A stretch of DNA of 64,000 nucleotides from an uncultured Nitrososphaerales archaeon (GCA_963841565.1 CAWJCY010000012.1:192001-256000); one strand, 5' to 3'. Shown: positions 49,641 to 60,470, counted from the first letter of the stretch. The notes: generated by a model not told the origin, from the sequence alone. Translations and numbers: made by a program.

Positions 49641-52043
49641 GTGAATCGTGTGATGAAATTTCATATTAGACAAAATTTGGCCCGTACTAAGTTGCCAATC
49701 TACATTACAATAACTCTACTTATTCTGACTTCAACGCTAACCTCACAGATTCCTGCTACGATGTTTCTCAAGGCAGCTGAAGGAGTTGAGGGAGACGAAG
49801 ATTTAGCTAGGCCGTCATCATCGCCGAATATGTCAGATAAGGAACTCGACCAGAGTCTAGATTCTCTAATGGCGATTCTAAATTCTACAACAAGCACGTC
49901 GTGTTTACAGACACCCATTCAGACTGTTTCATCCAGCGAAGATGATGATGACGACGATGAGGATGATAATGGAGATGATGACACAATGAATGTGTTGGAC
50001 GGCGACTTTGAAACAGAATGGTCAGTGGCAGACTTGGGGTCCTTTTTGCAGTTAGATCTAGGCAAAGTAAAGCAGATTTGCTCAGTCGACGCAAGTTGGT
50101 CAGAAGGAGATGAAAAATCAGTTAACTTCGTATTATCGGTGTCTAATAATGGAACAAACTTTGAAGATATTTTAAGGAGTTCGAGTAGCGGAACAACTGA
50201 ATCTAAGGAGCACTACAAGTTCCCTACTGCAGATGGAAGGTACTTGAGAATCACGTTCTACGGAGATTCTGAAAATAATGAGGATGTTGCCTTACGTGAA
50301 TTAACTGTGAACACGGAGATTCCCAGTAAGAAGCCTACGACCGTCCCTGAGTTGAGTAGGGAAGGTATCCCGTTCATTAGAGATTCTCAATCGCCCTTCA
50401 CATATCTCAACAACGCCTCAAACAATAGTGAACCAATCATCCACAGCGCTCCAACAGTATCAGATATCCATGCCATGGTTTCTCCGGCGGCTTCCTTTGA
50501 AATCACACTGAATGGCAGTGACTTGGATTTAATCGATCATTTGACATATTACATCACCAATCTTCCCGGCCATGGAAATCTCACTATCGGTACAAATTCA
50601 GCCAGTGTTAGATACACTCCATTCGAAGGTTATTCTGGTCTAGATAACTTCACGTATAAGGCAGTTGATCAATTCGGTCTAAGTAGTAACAACGCCACAG
50701 TAGTTATGAACATCAATGCTTCCAACCAGACCGTAGCTCCAGTGCCCAATACTTTAAACCAAACGATCGCTCCGCAACCGCAAGGTAAATTTGATCCATT
50801 AGAAGAGGTCATCCTGGGTGCTCAAAAGGATCGTTACGAACTGATAAAGGCAGTTAGAGAACCAATAAGAGGACAATATATAGTCGTACTAAAGCCTGAA
50901 CCGACTGCGACTGGTGGCTCAGATAGTGTTGGAATGAGGGCAGATGAAGTAAGAGCAATGGCAGAAGAATCTAGAACCAAAGGCGCCGAAATTCTCAACC
51001 TTTACGAACATGCCCTGGATGGTTACGTAATGAAGACGTCAGAGAATCTGAGTGATGCTGCGTTGGTCTCAGAACTGAGGCAAGATCCTCGCGTCGCATT
51101 CGTGGAACCTGACCAGAGAGTTTACGCCTTGAATCAGACAGTTCCAGTTGGGGTAGATCGAGTGGATGGGGATGTAAGCCCCACCGCTTCTGGCGACGGC
51201 AGAGGAGCTGTTGACGCAGACATTGCAATACTTGATACGGGAATAGACCTTACCCATCCTGATTTGAATGTCTATCACGAAAAAACATTTGTACCTGGGA
51301 CCTCTTCAGCCGACGACGACAGTGGGCATGGGACCCATGTGGCTGGAATAGCTGCTGCTAAAGATAATTCAATAGGTGTTGTTGGAATTGCTCCGGGAGC
51401 ACGCCTCTGGTCGATTAAGGTTCTTGATAGTAATGGTGCTGGTTCTATATCAGACATCATTGCAGGCATCGATTATGTTACTGCACATTCAAATGAGATA
51501 GATGTGGTAAACCTAAGTTTTGGCTGTGAATGTAGTTCACCTGCCTTGGATGCGTCCATCAATAATGCCGTTCAAGCAGGTGTTGTATTCGTGGTAGCGG
51601 CTGGTAACGTTCACAAGGATGCAAGTTCATTCTCTCCTGCTCGAAATCCAAATGTAATAGCCGTCTCTGCTATGACAGATAGCGACGGAAAATGCGGAGG
51701 ACAGGGATCATCTACCAAATATGGGAATGATGACACCTTTTCTTCGTTTAGTAACTATGGTGAGTCTGTAGATATGGTGGCACCTGGCGTCGGCATCCTA
51801 TCAACGTATAGTGATGGAAAATATGCACAATTAAGTGGAACAAGTATGGCTGCACCTCACGTGACTGGAGGTATAGCATTGTACGAATCCTCCCACCCTG
51901 GAGCTACTCCGGCCCAAGTCAAAGCTGCTCTTAATGAAAGCGGCACAAAACCATCTTCTATCTGCAGCGGAGAAGGTCAAGGTTATTTCACAGGAAATCC
52001 TAATGGAGCAGACAGGCCTCTATTAAACGCAAAGGGCTTGTAA
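49641..52043 (+). CDS. secreted S8 subtilase: discoidin (F5/8C) + Ig-like + I9 + S8 domains
   Basis: DGDFETEW/LQLDLG/GRYLRI (discoidin), YTP..GYSGLDNFTY (Ig), YIVVL..VEPDQ (I9), catalytic triad LDTG, HGTHVAG, GTSMAAPH. Confidence 0.93.
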   Translation: MNRVMKFHIRQNLARTKLPIYITITLLILTSTLTSQIPATMFLKAAEGVEGDEDLARPSSSPNMSDKELDQSLDSLMAILNSTTSTSCLQTPIQTVSSSEDDDDDDEDDNGDDDTMNVLDGDFETEWSVADLGSFLQLDLGKVKQICSVDASWSEGDEKSVNFVLSVSNNGTNFEDILRSSSSGTTESKEHYKFPTADGRYLRITFYGDSENNEDVALRELTVNTEIPSKKPTTVPELSREGIPFIRDSQSPFTYLNNASNNSEPIIHSAPTVSDIHAMVSPAASFEITLNGSDLDLIDHLTYYITNLPGHGNLTIGTNSASVRYTPFEGYSGLDNFTYKAVDQFGLSSNNATVVMNINASNQTVAPVPNTLNQTIAPQPQGKFDPLEEVILGAQKDRYELIKAVREPIRGQYIVVLKPEPTATGGSDSVGMRADEVRAMAEESRTKGAEILNLYEHALDGYVMKTSENLSDAALVSELRQDPRVAFVEPDQRVYALNQTVPVGVDRVDGDVSPTASGDGRGAVDADIAILDTGIDLTHPDLNVYHEKTFVPGTSSADDDSGHGTHVAGIAAAKDNSIGVVGIAPGARLWSIKVLDSNGAGSISDIIAGIDYVTAHSNEIDVVNLSFGCECSSPALDASINNAVQAGVVFVVAAGNVHKDASSFSPARNPNVIAVSAMTDSDGKCGGQGSSTKYGNDDTFSSFSNYGESVDMVAPGVGILSTYSDGKYAQLSGTSMAAPHVTGGIALYESSHPGATPAQVKAALNESGTKPSSICSGEGQGYFTGNPNGADRPLLNAKGL

Positions 52044-52259
52044 GACACCTTAGGTAATGGAAGAAACAGGAGAAACTAAAATGGGGCGGTAGGCCTTCTT
52101 TTCTTTGTTTCCTTCTACTTTTATCCATGATGATATGAATTGTTTTCCTATTTGTATCGCCAGCTTTTCAGTCGACTGGGAAATCAATTGCAAGACCTGA
52201 TGCACATTTATAGATATTAAACTAATATATTACGAGAACCCATATTTCATGAATATAAA

Positions 52260-53105
52260 ATGAGTTACGTTCATCCGGAGGTTCTTGTCGACACTCAATG
52301 GGCAGAAGACCACTTAAAGGACCCTAAGGTCAGAATAGCAGAGGTTGACTATGACCCTAAAGCAAACTACGAATTGGGTCACATACCTGGCGCTGTATTG
52401 TTTGATTGGAAAAACGATATTAACGACCCACTTACACGGAATGTACTTACCAAGGAAGCCTGTCAAAATCTTCTTCAAAACGCTGGAATAAACAGTGATA
52501 CTACTTTACTATTGTATGGAGATTTTAATAATTGGTTTGCCGCCTTTGCGTTTTGGGTTCTCAAGTATTATGGCTATAAGGATATCAGACTAATCAATGG
52601 CGGTAGAAAAAAATGGTTGCAAGAAGATAGAGCGTTAACAAAAGATGCTCCTTCTTATCCGAAAGGTAATTATGCTGCCACTGAGCCTGATAGTAAAATT
52701 AGGGTATTTCTAGACGAAGTCAAACGCGCTGTAAGCGCTCCAGGGCTAAAGATGGTGGATGTTAGATCGCCAAAAGAGTTTTCTGGAGAAATTCTGGCTC
52801 CGCCAGAGTATCCAACAGAACATGCGCAACGAGGAGGACACATTCCTGGAGCTGTCAATATTCCATGGGCACAGGCAGTAAACGATAGTGATGGGACCTT
52901 CAAGAATACAGAAGAGCTGAAACAGTTATACGAATCAAAAGGGATTACCCCCGATAAAGAGGTTATCGCTTATTGTAGAATCGGCGAAAGATCTTCGCAC
53001 ACATGGTTTGTTCTTAAATATCTCCTTGGCTATCCGAACGTAAAGAACTATGATGGTTCATGGACTGAATGGGGAAACATGATCGCAAACCCGATCGAGA
53101 AGTAG
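52260..53105 (+). CDS. thiosulfate sulfurtransferase (TssA/CysA-type tandem rhodanese)
   Basis: GHIPGA, NGGRKKW, YCRIGERSS, YDGSWTEW. Confidence 0.95.
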   Translation: MSYVHPEVLVDTQWAEDHLKDPKVRIAEVDYDPKANYELGHIPGAVLFDWKNDINDPLTRNVLTKEACQNLLQNAGINSDTTLLLYGDFNNWFAAFAFWVLKYYGYKDIRLINGGRKKWLQEDRALTKDAPSYPKGNYAATEPDSKIRVFLDEVKRAVSAPGLKMVDVRSPKEFSGEILAPPEYPTEHAQRGGHIPGAVNIPWAQAVNDSDGTFKNTEELKQLYESKGITPDKEVIAYCRIGERSSHTWFVLKYLLGYPNVKNYDGSWTEWGNMIANPIEK

Positions 53106-53149
53106 CGAAAATGGGATACGGTCAGACCTATCCCAACATTCTAAGATAT

Positions 53150-53815
53150 TCAATCTGTTTTTTGGACAAGAAAATGCAATAAATTTTCTTCTTTCCTCGT
53201 TTCTATCAATTTTTGTCCGGTCTGCTCGGCCCATCTAGTCATTTCTATGTCAGCCATAGGATCATCTGAGACTAGATGAACGATTTGTCCACTTTCAATT
53301 CCTGATATTAGATCGTCTAATTTTGATAGAGTTGCCGCGCATTCAATACCAATTTCAAACATTTCAAAATCCGGAAGAGCCGTATAGCATTTGACATGTA
53401 ATCTACGGACCAATGATCTAATTTCCTCACTATCATCAGGTAGCGATTTGAAGTCTTTCAGGATGTCAACATCTGAAGTCGGAACAAGAGCGATGAACCA
53501 ACCCTTTTCGTAGGGCGAATCGTTCGCCAATTTGGGATTGCTGACAAGTTCATGATTAATGGCTACAATCTTTCCCTCAACGGGAGCCCTAATAGCGCCA
53601 AAATACCTCCCGCTCTCAATCGTTCCTACGTTTTTTCCCCTCATTACTATCGTGTTGACGTCCTTTAACTTTACAGCTGAAATTTTACCTGCAATGGCGG
53701 ACAATATTGATGTAATTCCGACAATAAGAACATTGCCAGCATCTTGCCTTGCCCAAACCAAATTATCTAAATCGTAAATTAGGTCATCTGGAAATATGCA
53801 GTGCTCAATTTCCAT
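53150..53815 (-). CDS. GcvH-like domain fused to TusA/SirA-like domain
   Basis: VGIT, GTIESGR, APVEGKI, NDSPYEKGW (GcvH); GIECAA...LVSDDPMA..W...GQ (TusA). Confidence 0.85.
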   Translation of the reverse strand: MEIEHCIFPDDLIYDLDNLVWARQDAGNVLIVGITSILSAIAGKISAVKLKDVNTIVMRGKNVGTIESGRYFGAIRAPVEGKIVAINHELVSNPKLANDSPYEKGWFIALVPTSDVDILKDFKSLPDDSEEIRSLVRRLHVKCYTALPDFEMFEIGIECAATLSKLDDLISGIESGQIVHLVSDDPMADIEMTRWAEQTGQKLIETRKEENLLHFLVQKTD

Positions 53816-53942
53816 ACTCGAGGCTCTGATGCAGGAGACGGTTAGCATATTTATCTATTTACACTCCAACAAGCAATATTTCATTTCTTCAGAGCCCTTC
53901 TTTGCAAGTGAAGGACAAAATATTATTATGCGATCATGACAT

Positions 53943-54311
53943 ATGCTTTGGAAGAGCTTGGTAAGCTGCACAATTTGTGGTTCTAGATTTGGTGATAGGA
54001 TCTGTCCATATTGTGAAAGGAGTGTGTGTTCATCATGCATAGTCTATGGGAAGAATATATGCGTGAAATGTGACAAGGTCAAGGCAATTCCTCCTAGCTT
54101 CTTAAGAAGAAATGCAAAGTTTATTCTACTGTTCATTGCGTTCTGGTTTTTTGTTTCAGGGCTCTATCCTTTTCCCTATATGATGGCGTTAGGTCAACCA
54201 GTTGATTTTAGAGTCATCCAACCCGTGTTGATCGCTACGGGAATCATGTTGATACCGTTTATTTTTCTAATGTTTGCCTGGAATAGGCGCGCTCAAGGAA
54301 TACGTAAATAA
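53943..54311 (+). CDS. zinc-finger membrane protein
   Basis: Four CxxC pairs followed by two TM helices. Confidence 0.75.
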   Translation: MLWKSLVSCTICGSRFGDRICPYCERSVCSSCIVYGKNICVKCDKVKAIPPSFLRRNAKFILLFIAFWFFVSGLYPFPYMMALGQPVDFRVIQPVLIATGIMLIPFIFLMFAWNRRAQGIRK

Positions 54312-54406
54312 TGAGTGGGTTCAGAATCATCTGATAGTAGGATGGGTAGAGCAGAAGGAATATCTGACAGCAGGTTGGAGATAATCGTTACTAATCTGGT
54401 CTTTGA

Positions 54407-55063
54407 ATGAACATGGATAACAAGACTGGTGGTGGCTATCTGAGATTCATATGTGGGGAGGATAATGCAATCGAGAATTGTGCAAACATAGTAAATGATG
54501 GTGGGGTGATTGTTTTCCCCACAGACACCGTATATGCAATAGGATGCAATCCATTTAATGATAGAGCAGTGGAGCGGATATTTCTTTTAAAGCACAGGGT
54601 GGCTGAGAAAGCGTTGCCAGTACTTTGTGCCAATCTTATGGATCTCGAAAACATGGTACAAGTTTCGAATAAGGTTAAGAGATTAGCTCGATCTTTTTGG
54701 CCTGGTCCCCTAACGATAATATGCCCTCTGTCTAATAGAAACATTTCTCCAAGGTTAACCGCCAATAACTCCTCACTTGCAGTGAGAATACCAGGCAATC
54801 CATGCACCCTTTCGCTTCTCAAATTTAGTCGTTACTTGGTTGGAACCAGTGCCAACATTTCCGGTCAGGAGTCTGTGAAAAGCCCATCCCAAATTAATAC
54901 AACCTCACTTACGAACTTCGACGCCTTGCTAGATGGTGGTACGTTGAATAAGTATTCTCATTCTACCATAATACACTTAGATGATGATGAAACTTTAACC
55001 GTTGTGAGGAATGGGCCGATCACCGAAAGAGATATTGTTGCAGCTTTAAGGCCTTCGGGATAG
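54407..55063 (+). CDS. tsaC: L-threonylcarbamoyladenylate synthase (single-domain TsaC/YrdC type)
   Basis: FPTDTVY, K.R, FWPGPLT, AVRIP, TSANISG. Confidence 0.92.
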   Translation: MNMDNKTGGGYLRFICGEDNAIENCANIVNDGGVIVFPTDTVYAIGCNPFNDRAVERIFLLKHRVAEKALPVLCANLMDLENMVQVSNKVKRLARSFWPGPLTIICPLSNRNISPRLTANNSSLAVRIPGNPCTLSLLKFSRYLVGTSANISGQESVKSPSQINTTSLTNFDALLDGGTLNKYSHSTIIHLDDDETLTVVRNGPITERDIVAALRPSG

Positions 55064-55368
55064 CTGGTCCCATCTTTTAATATTAATTCAAGCTTTCATT
55101 GCCTCTTTTGATTTCGTATAAGTTTAATTTTGAAAATCAATACGAATGTCAACTAACTTTTGTATCATCATTATTGTAGTAACGTTTCTGGATCGTATAC
55201 TATCGGCTACTTTTTTGCCATTACCGTACACTACGAATCGATGACTCCTTCCAGTAATGGGTCATCAGAGATACCTGCCTATAGTTCAGTTCAGTTTAGG
55301 ATGTCTTTACCAAAGCGGCATAGTTAGATTTTCTGGAAATATCTCTAGAATCAAGCATTTTGATGTAG

Positions 55369-55767
55369 TCATTTTTTTATTGCGCTCTCTTCCATGAAGA
55401 ATACCTCCCACAGATGCCCATCAACATCCTCGAAACTTCGACCATACATCCAGCCATGATCCTGTTTTTCTCTGGGTTCACCTCCTCCTGCCTCTATTGC
55501 TTTGTCCATCATCTGATCCACTTTCTCTCTTGATTCGACTGATAAAGCTACTATCGCTTCTGTATTTTTAGAAGTATCACAGACCTCCTTTTTAGTAAAA
55601 GTCTTGAAAAATTTTTCCACCAAAAGCATAATGAATATATCCTCCCCAACTATCATACAGGTTGCATTTTCATCGGTAAATTGAGGATTAAAGTTGAAAC
55701 CCAGTTTGGTAAAGAAAGCTATTGATTTATTGAGATCCTTTACTGATAGGTTTACAAAAATCTTCAT
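55369..55767 (-). CDS. VOC/glyoxalase family protein
   Basis: IFVNLSVKDL, FFTKLGF, MYGRSFED.DGHLWE. Confidence 0.92.
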   Translation of the reverse strand: MKIFVNLSVKDLNKSIAFFTKLGFNFNPQFTDENATCMIVGEDIFIMLLVEKFFKTFTKKEVCDTSKNTEAIVALSVESREKVDQMMDKAIEAGGGEPREKQDHGWMYGRSFEDVDGHLWEVFFMEESAIKK

Positions 55768-56107
55768 TTCATTCTATCAGAATTAAGGCTAAAAGGATAT
55801 AAACTCTTTTGTTTCACCAATGGGCCTCTGCATTTTGAATTTGATTGAGTTAGTGCATCTGTTCAAAGTCCAAGATCCCTACGTCATTGTTTCATGATCT
55901 AGCAATGTGACATTGAATCCTGGACGCAATAGACAGGGTGGGGGCAGATGCATAGATATGAAAAAGTACACACTCAGAGACATGGGACTATAAACCCACG
56001 TCTATCGAACCCTTGTGGAAGACCAATTTAGGTATTTTGTTCTTCAGCCACAGCAGTATTTCAGGAGACAAAAAAAGCTTTCACGCACATAGGATTTGCG
56101 GTTACAT

Positions 56108-58423
56108 CTATTTTTTCTTAGACGGACAATTTATGTTAATGCAAAATTTCCATCGATACTTTGCTCCATGAGAATAAGCGTTCTCAAGCACAGGCCATCG
56201 GCATGAAGAACAAATCTCGCCTGTGGCTCTTATTGATCCACTCTGTGGTAGTGGAACAGTTGCCTTGCACATGCCAGAGGTGTAATTAGAACATCCTACA
56301 AACCTCTTCTTAGTTTTACCTGATCTTATAATTTTCAAGCTTCCTTTGCAGCAAACAGGACAGGTCCCAAGAATCATCTGTTCTTTTCTCTTAGTAACAT
56401 TAATTGCATCTGTTAATCTATTGCCTATCTCAATTTCCTTTTCCTTAAAAGGAATAATTGCTTCTTTTAGTTTGGCTTTTGCATACTTTATGACAAAATC
56501 ACCTCTGTCGTTGCCAGCTGCGATTCCTTCAAGAAGTTCTTCCATAGATCTGGTGAGATCTATAGATACTATGTTAGGTATGTACTGTCGCATCGATTGC
56601 ACTATTTCAACTCCGAGATCCGTAGCCTCTATCCCACCTTTCGAACTATCATAATGTCTAGAGTAAGAGACGTCATTAGAAGAACGTACGTTACTAACAT
56701 AATTCCTCTTAAACAAAGTGTTTATGATCTCCGATCTTGTGGCTTTTGTACCAATCTTTTTCGATTCCATTTCTTCTAGTAAACTAGATTGATTAAATCT
56801 CGGAGGAGGCTGAGTGAATCTATCAGTCATTGTAACAGCATCATTTTTTAATATGTTTCCTTTTTGGAGAATTTGTAAATAAGGTTGGTATCCTAATCCT
56901 AAGCTATTACTTATGTATGGCTTATAAAAGCGCATCCAGCCCTCATCTATCATCGTCTTAGTATCGGTCTCGAAAAAATGTTCTTCTATGACAAAAATTG
57001 TCACAATAGTATGCTCGCTTATCGCTGGTTGACCAAAGGTCGCCAAAAATCTCCTAATTATAAGATCAAATAGTTTGAATTCACTTGCATTTAGTCTGCC
57101 TCTTGGCTTTTCTCCTGTTGGGTAAATCGCGGGATGTGCTGGATCGGTCTTTTTTCCTTCATTCGGAGAAAGGCGGTTTGAATTTGACAGCAGATCTATA
57201 GTTATTTTTGAATAAGGACTACTCATAGGAAGTCCATTTGGCCACCTACTACTGGTGACTCTGTGTTCAGGAGCAAGAGAAATACTAATCTTCGAGAGAT
57301 CTGAAATAATTTTCCTATAATTAATTGAAGATGGTATCCTTTGACTGGAGGTTCTCGGATATGAAATTAGTGCAGAAATGTATAGCTTCTCAGCAATGGA
57401 TAACGTGTAGCTAGGAGAGAACCTAAATACTCTATAGGCTTCCTTTTGCAGATCGCCCAGATTGAAAGGATGTGGAGGGCAAAGAGTATTTCTTTTGTTC
57501 TTAATTTCAGTAACTTTCCCGTTTTGATTTGAGCAGGCATGGACTATTGAAGTAGCCTCTGCTAATGTCTCTATTTTCTGCCGACAATAACGAGCATTAA
57601 TTATGCGTCCATCTTTTTCAAATACCGCGTTTATGGTCCAGTAGGGTACCGGAACATGGTTTCTAATAGAAAGTTCTTTATCTACCACAAAAGCAAGAGT
57701 GGGGCCTTGTACCCTTCCTATTGATAAATTATGGTATTTCTTACGATTGTTACTGTTCTTAAATGCTTGTGTAAGTGCCCTCGACAAGTTGACGCCATAA
57801 ATAAAATCGATCAGATGTCGAGATATTCCGGCTTCAGCTAATCCCCTGCTCGGCGGTAGAAGATTGTCAAATGAATTTCTAATTTCTTGATCAGTGAGAG
57901 TAGAATATTTGGCCCTTAATGACCTCTCGTACTTGTTATTACAGGCATATTCCAGAATATTGTATCCAATCACTTCACCTTCTTGGTCATAATCGCAAGC
58001 ATGAATGAAGCTTGTCGCTTTTTGAGAAAGTGAGGATATAGACTTAATTATTTTTTCATATGCCACTGCCGACTTTGGACCCCTACCGTTCCTTTTTCCT
58101 AAAATTGGCGTCCATTTAACATCAAAAATTGGATATACACTTCGGTTTCCATTCACATCTACTAATCCATACAAATGACCGAGTGCAGAACATACAACAT
58201 AGGCCTGACCATTTTGAGACATGGCTAAAAATACTGTTGGGTGCAATCCACTTTTTCTTTTTTCCTCAGGACCTGAATCTTTCCCAAGTCCTGTAATTTT
58301 TGCGAATCTCGACGTCCCTAAAGCCTCTGCTATCCTGAGGGCAACGGAAGGTTTTTCGCAGACTACAAGGGCATATGGAGGTTCAGGAATCCTGTTTAGA
58401 TTCAAACCTGTAGATTGTTCCAC
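56108..58423 (-). CDS. topA: type IA DNA topoisomerase with C-terminal zinc ribbons
   Basis: CEKPSVA, CDYDQEGE (Toprim), GRVQGPTL, ISYPRT (catalytic Tyr), AHPAIYPT, GTKATR. Confidence 0.95.
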   Translation of the reverse strand: MEQSTGLNLNRIPEPPYALVVCEKPSVALRIAEALGTSRFAKITGLGKDSGPEEKRKSGLHPTVFLAMSQNGQAYVVCSALGHLYGLVDVNGNRSVYPIFDVKWTPILGKRNGRGPKSAVAYEKIIKSISSLSQKATSFIHACDYDQEGEVIGYNILEYACNNKYERSLRAKYSTLTDQEIRNSFDNLLPPSRGLAEAGISRHLIDFIYGVNLSRALTQAFKNSNNRKKYHNLSIGRVQGPTLAFVVDKELSIRNHVPVPYWTINAVFEKDGRIINARYCRQKIETLAEATSIVHACSNQNGKVTEIKNKRNTLCPPHPFNLGDLQKEAYRVFRFSPSYTLSIAEKLYISALISYPRTSSQRIPSSINYRKIISDLSKISISLAPEHRVTSSRWPNGLPMSSPYSKITIDLLSNSNRLSPNEGKKTDPAHPAIYPTGEKPRGRLNASEFKLFDLIIRRFLATFGQPAISEHTIVTIFVIEEHFFETDTKTMIDEGWMRFYKPYISNSLGLGYQPYLQILQKGNILKNDAVTMTDRFTQPPPRFNQSSLLEEMESKKIGTKATRSEIINTLFKRNYVSNVRSSNDVSYSRHYDSSKGGIEATDLGVEIVQSMRQYIPNIVSIDLTRSMEELLEGIAAGNDRGDFVIKYAKAKLKEAIIPFKEKEIEIGNRLTDAINVTKRKEQMILGTCPVCCKGSLKIIRSGKTKKRFVGCSNYTSGMCKATVPLPQSGSIRATGEICSSCRWPVLENAYSHGAKYRWKFCININCPSKKK

Positions 58424-58848
58424 TTTAGCTAATATAACTTCTGATTCGGATTCTTTACTGTGGTTATTCTGACAGCATCTTATGAGTCACACAAGTAGGC
58501 TATTCGGTAAGCTGGTTCTGTCCGTGAGTGCATGGCCCTATGGTATTTGAAAATAATTTAACACCAACTTTGGGTGTCATACCTATAAACGACAGATATT
58601 CTGATAGGATAAATATTGGTCCAAGAGTGGCATCGCGCTTATCTGGGCCGTGCAATAACGCCCATATTTAGTCCACGACCTTACAATCTCGTACTATTGG
58701 ACAAAATACCCCCAACAAATCCTTTTTTTAGAAACTATAATTAATATCTTGATCCCGCTGAGATAGTTGGTTAATAGGCATTTTACGTTCTTCAATTTTT
58801 ACTTTTTTGAGCTGTGTCCTAGTAATGCACGACTAATTCGAAAGCGGA

Positions 58849-59799
58849 TTACTTATATGAATACTTTAACCCCGCTTCTAATCTACGAATTCGATTGATT
58901 ATGTCCAAATGATCTGCTTGTATCTCCGTAGTTAGATATAGAAGATAGTCGTCTCCAAAAGGCATGGTAATGCGCTTGATCCTTTCATACTCTGCTACTA
59001 CGTACCTTCCCTTTCCTATCTTATGTGAAAGGTCGCTACGTACTTTCCATCCCGTCATAGCCATCTCGAGTGATTTTTTGCTCTCTTCAGGGGTGAGCAA
59101 ATTCTTTATACCTTGGCGATGACGGGAGTACATCGTCTTACCTTCTGAATCACAAATGGTAACTAACCTGATATTTGGATCGATATCCACTATATCTTTA
59201 TAGTGTTGTTTTATCCCAAAGAGCCTAATTCTCAGTAGAGAGCTTATTATAAATCCAAAGACAGCTCCCCAAATTAAATGGAAGCCAATTGCAGCTAATG
59301 TAATGTTTGTGATGGACTGGTTTATGTCTTCTGACACTAGTGCCTTCTGTGATTCCATAGCCAGCATGGTTGTGATGGAGTTAATAGCTGGTTGAACCAA
59401 AAACGTTGTTATTGGGAGGAACAGTACTAACCACACTACAATGCCTGCTCCCATCCCAACCAACGCACTTTTGTACGGATTAAGCATACGCACCTTTTTC
59501 CATCTAATTCCGATGATGCCAAATACAGCTCCTATTACAGTACCAACCAGAAGGTGAAGACCAAAAGCTGTGGATGCAGCAGCAGTGGTATTATCGACAC
59601 CTATACTAATGCCTATAATGGTGTAGAAAGTGCCCATACTCATTCCAAGTAGAAGTTCAGTTACTGCGATCACTGAAGATATAGACCAAGTCGCTATAAA
59701 ACCAGCAAAAGCTCCATACTTTACTCCTTTGAAAGTTACCATTAATTCGTTCCTTTTCTTGTTGCTCTTCATGTCCCTGTCCTTGGTAATAGAAAGCAT
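58849..59799 (-). CDS. 4-TM membrane domain fused to DUF6659-like domain
   Basis: TM helices with His in GLHLLVG and GFHLIWG; C-terminal DPNIRLV...R.GI..LL..EE...IGK..Y....YERIKRITMP. Confidence 0.75.
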   Translation of the reverse strand: MLSITKDRDMKSNKKRNELMVTFKGVKYGAFAGFIATWSISSVIAVTELLLGMSMGTFYTIIGISIGVDNTTAAASTAFGLHLLVGTVIGAVFGIIGIRWKKVRMLNPYKSALVGMGAGIVVWLVLFLPITTFLVQPAINSITTMLAMESQKALVSEDINQSITNITLAAIGFHLIWGAVFGFIISSLLRIRLFGIKQHYKDIVDIDPNIRLVTICDSEGKTMYSRHRQGIKNLLTPEESKKSLEMAMTGWKVRSDLSHKIGKGRYVVAEYERIKRITMPFGDDYLLYLTTEIQADHLDIINRIRRLEAGLKYSYK

Positions 59800-60470
59800 T
59801 TAGAAAACTAAACACACAAGAGGATATAAGTAATAATACCAGTCACTACTAATTTTTCAGGCTCTTAGCTTAGGACATTGTAGGCCAATTTTATCAAAAT
59901 TGCGAGATCCTTAATGTGATCTATCATTATGCCAATTTCTTGCTACACATCTCGATATTGATTCTGATATAAAAGAAAACAAAGTCATTGCCATCCTCGA
60001 TACATAGTCGTGAACCATGTGAGGTGGGCACAATTACTAAACATAGCTCGAAAGATTATGGTACTTGGACTTTCATTCTCCAACCTCAGCGCAAAAAACA
60101 TACCAAGCTCTGAATCGCAGGGCTGCAAGCTAAACTCACTTGCTAACGTTACTGAATGTGTACCAATGCAACCACTTTCACATTGCAAGTACACATGCAT
60201 ACTTCACCCTCCCTCATGAAACATGGCAAGTGGGAGGAAGTGGATATTGAACAGATAGAACTAACTGGCTTGTCAGTACTGAATTATTAATTTGATGAGC
60301 GATGACGCCTGTCGAAAGTTGAACTTGATACCAGTTTTGGTTTAATGTTCGAAAACAAATTGAGAGAATGGACCCGAACCTTATGATAATAACGAGTAAA
60401 CCAGAACTCAATGCATTCTCAGATATACAGTCAAATTAATTTTGTAGGGAATTTTTAGATATGCCATGAA

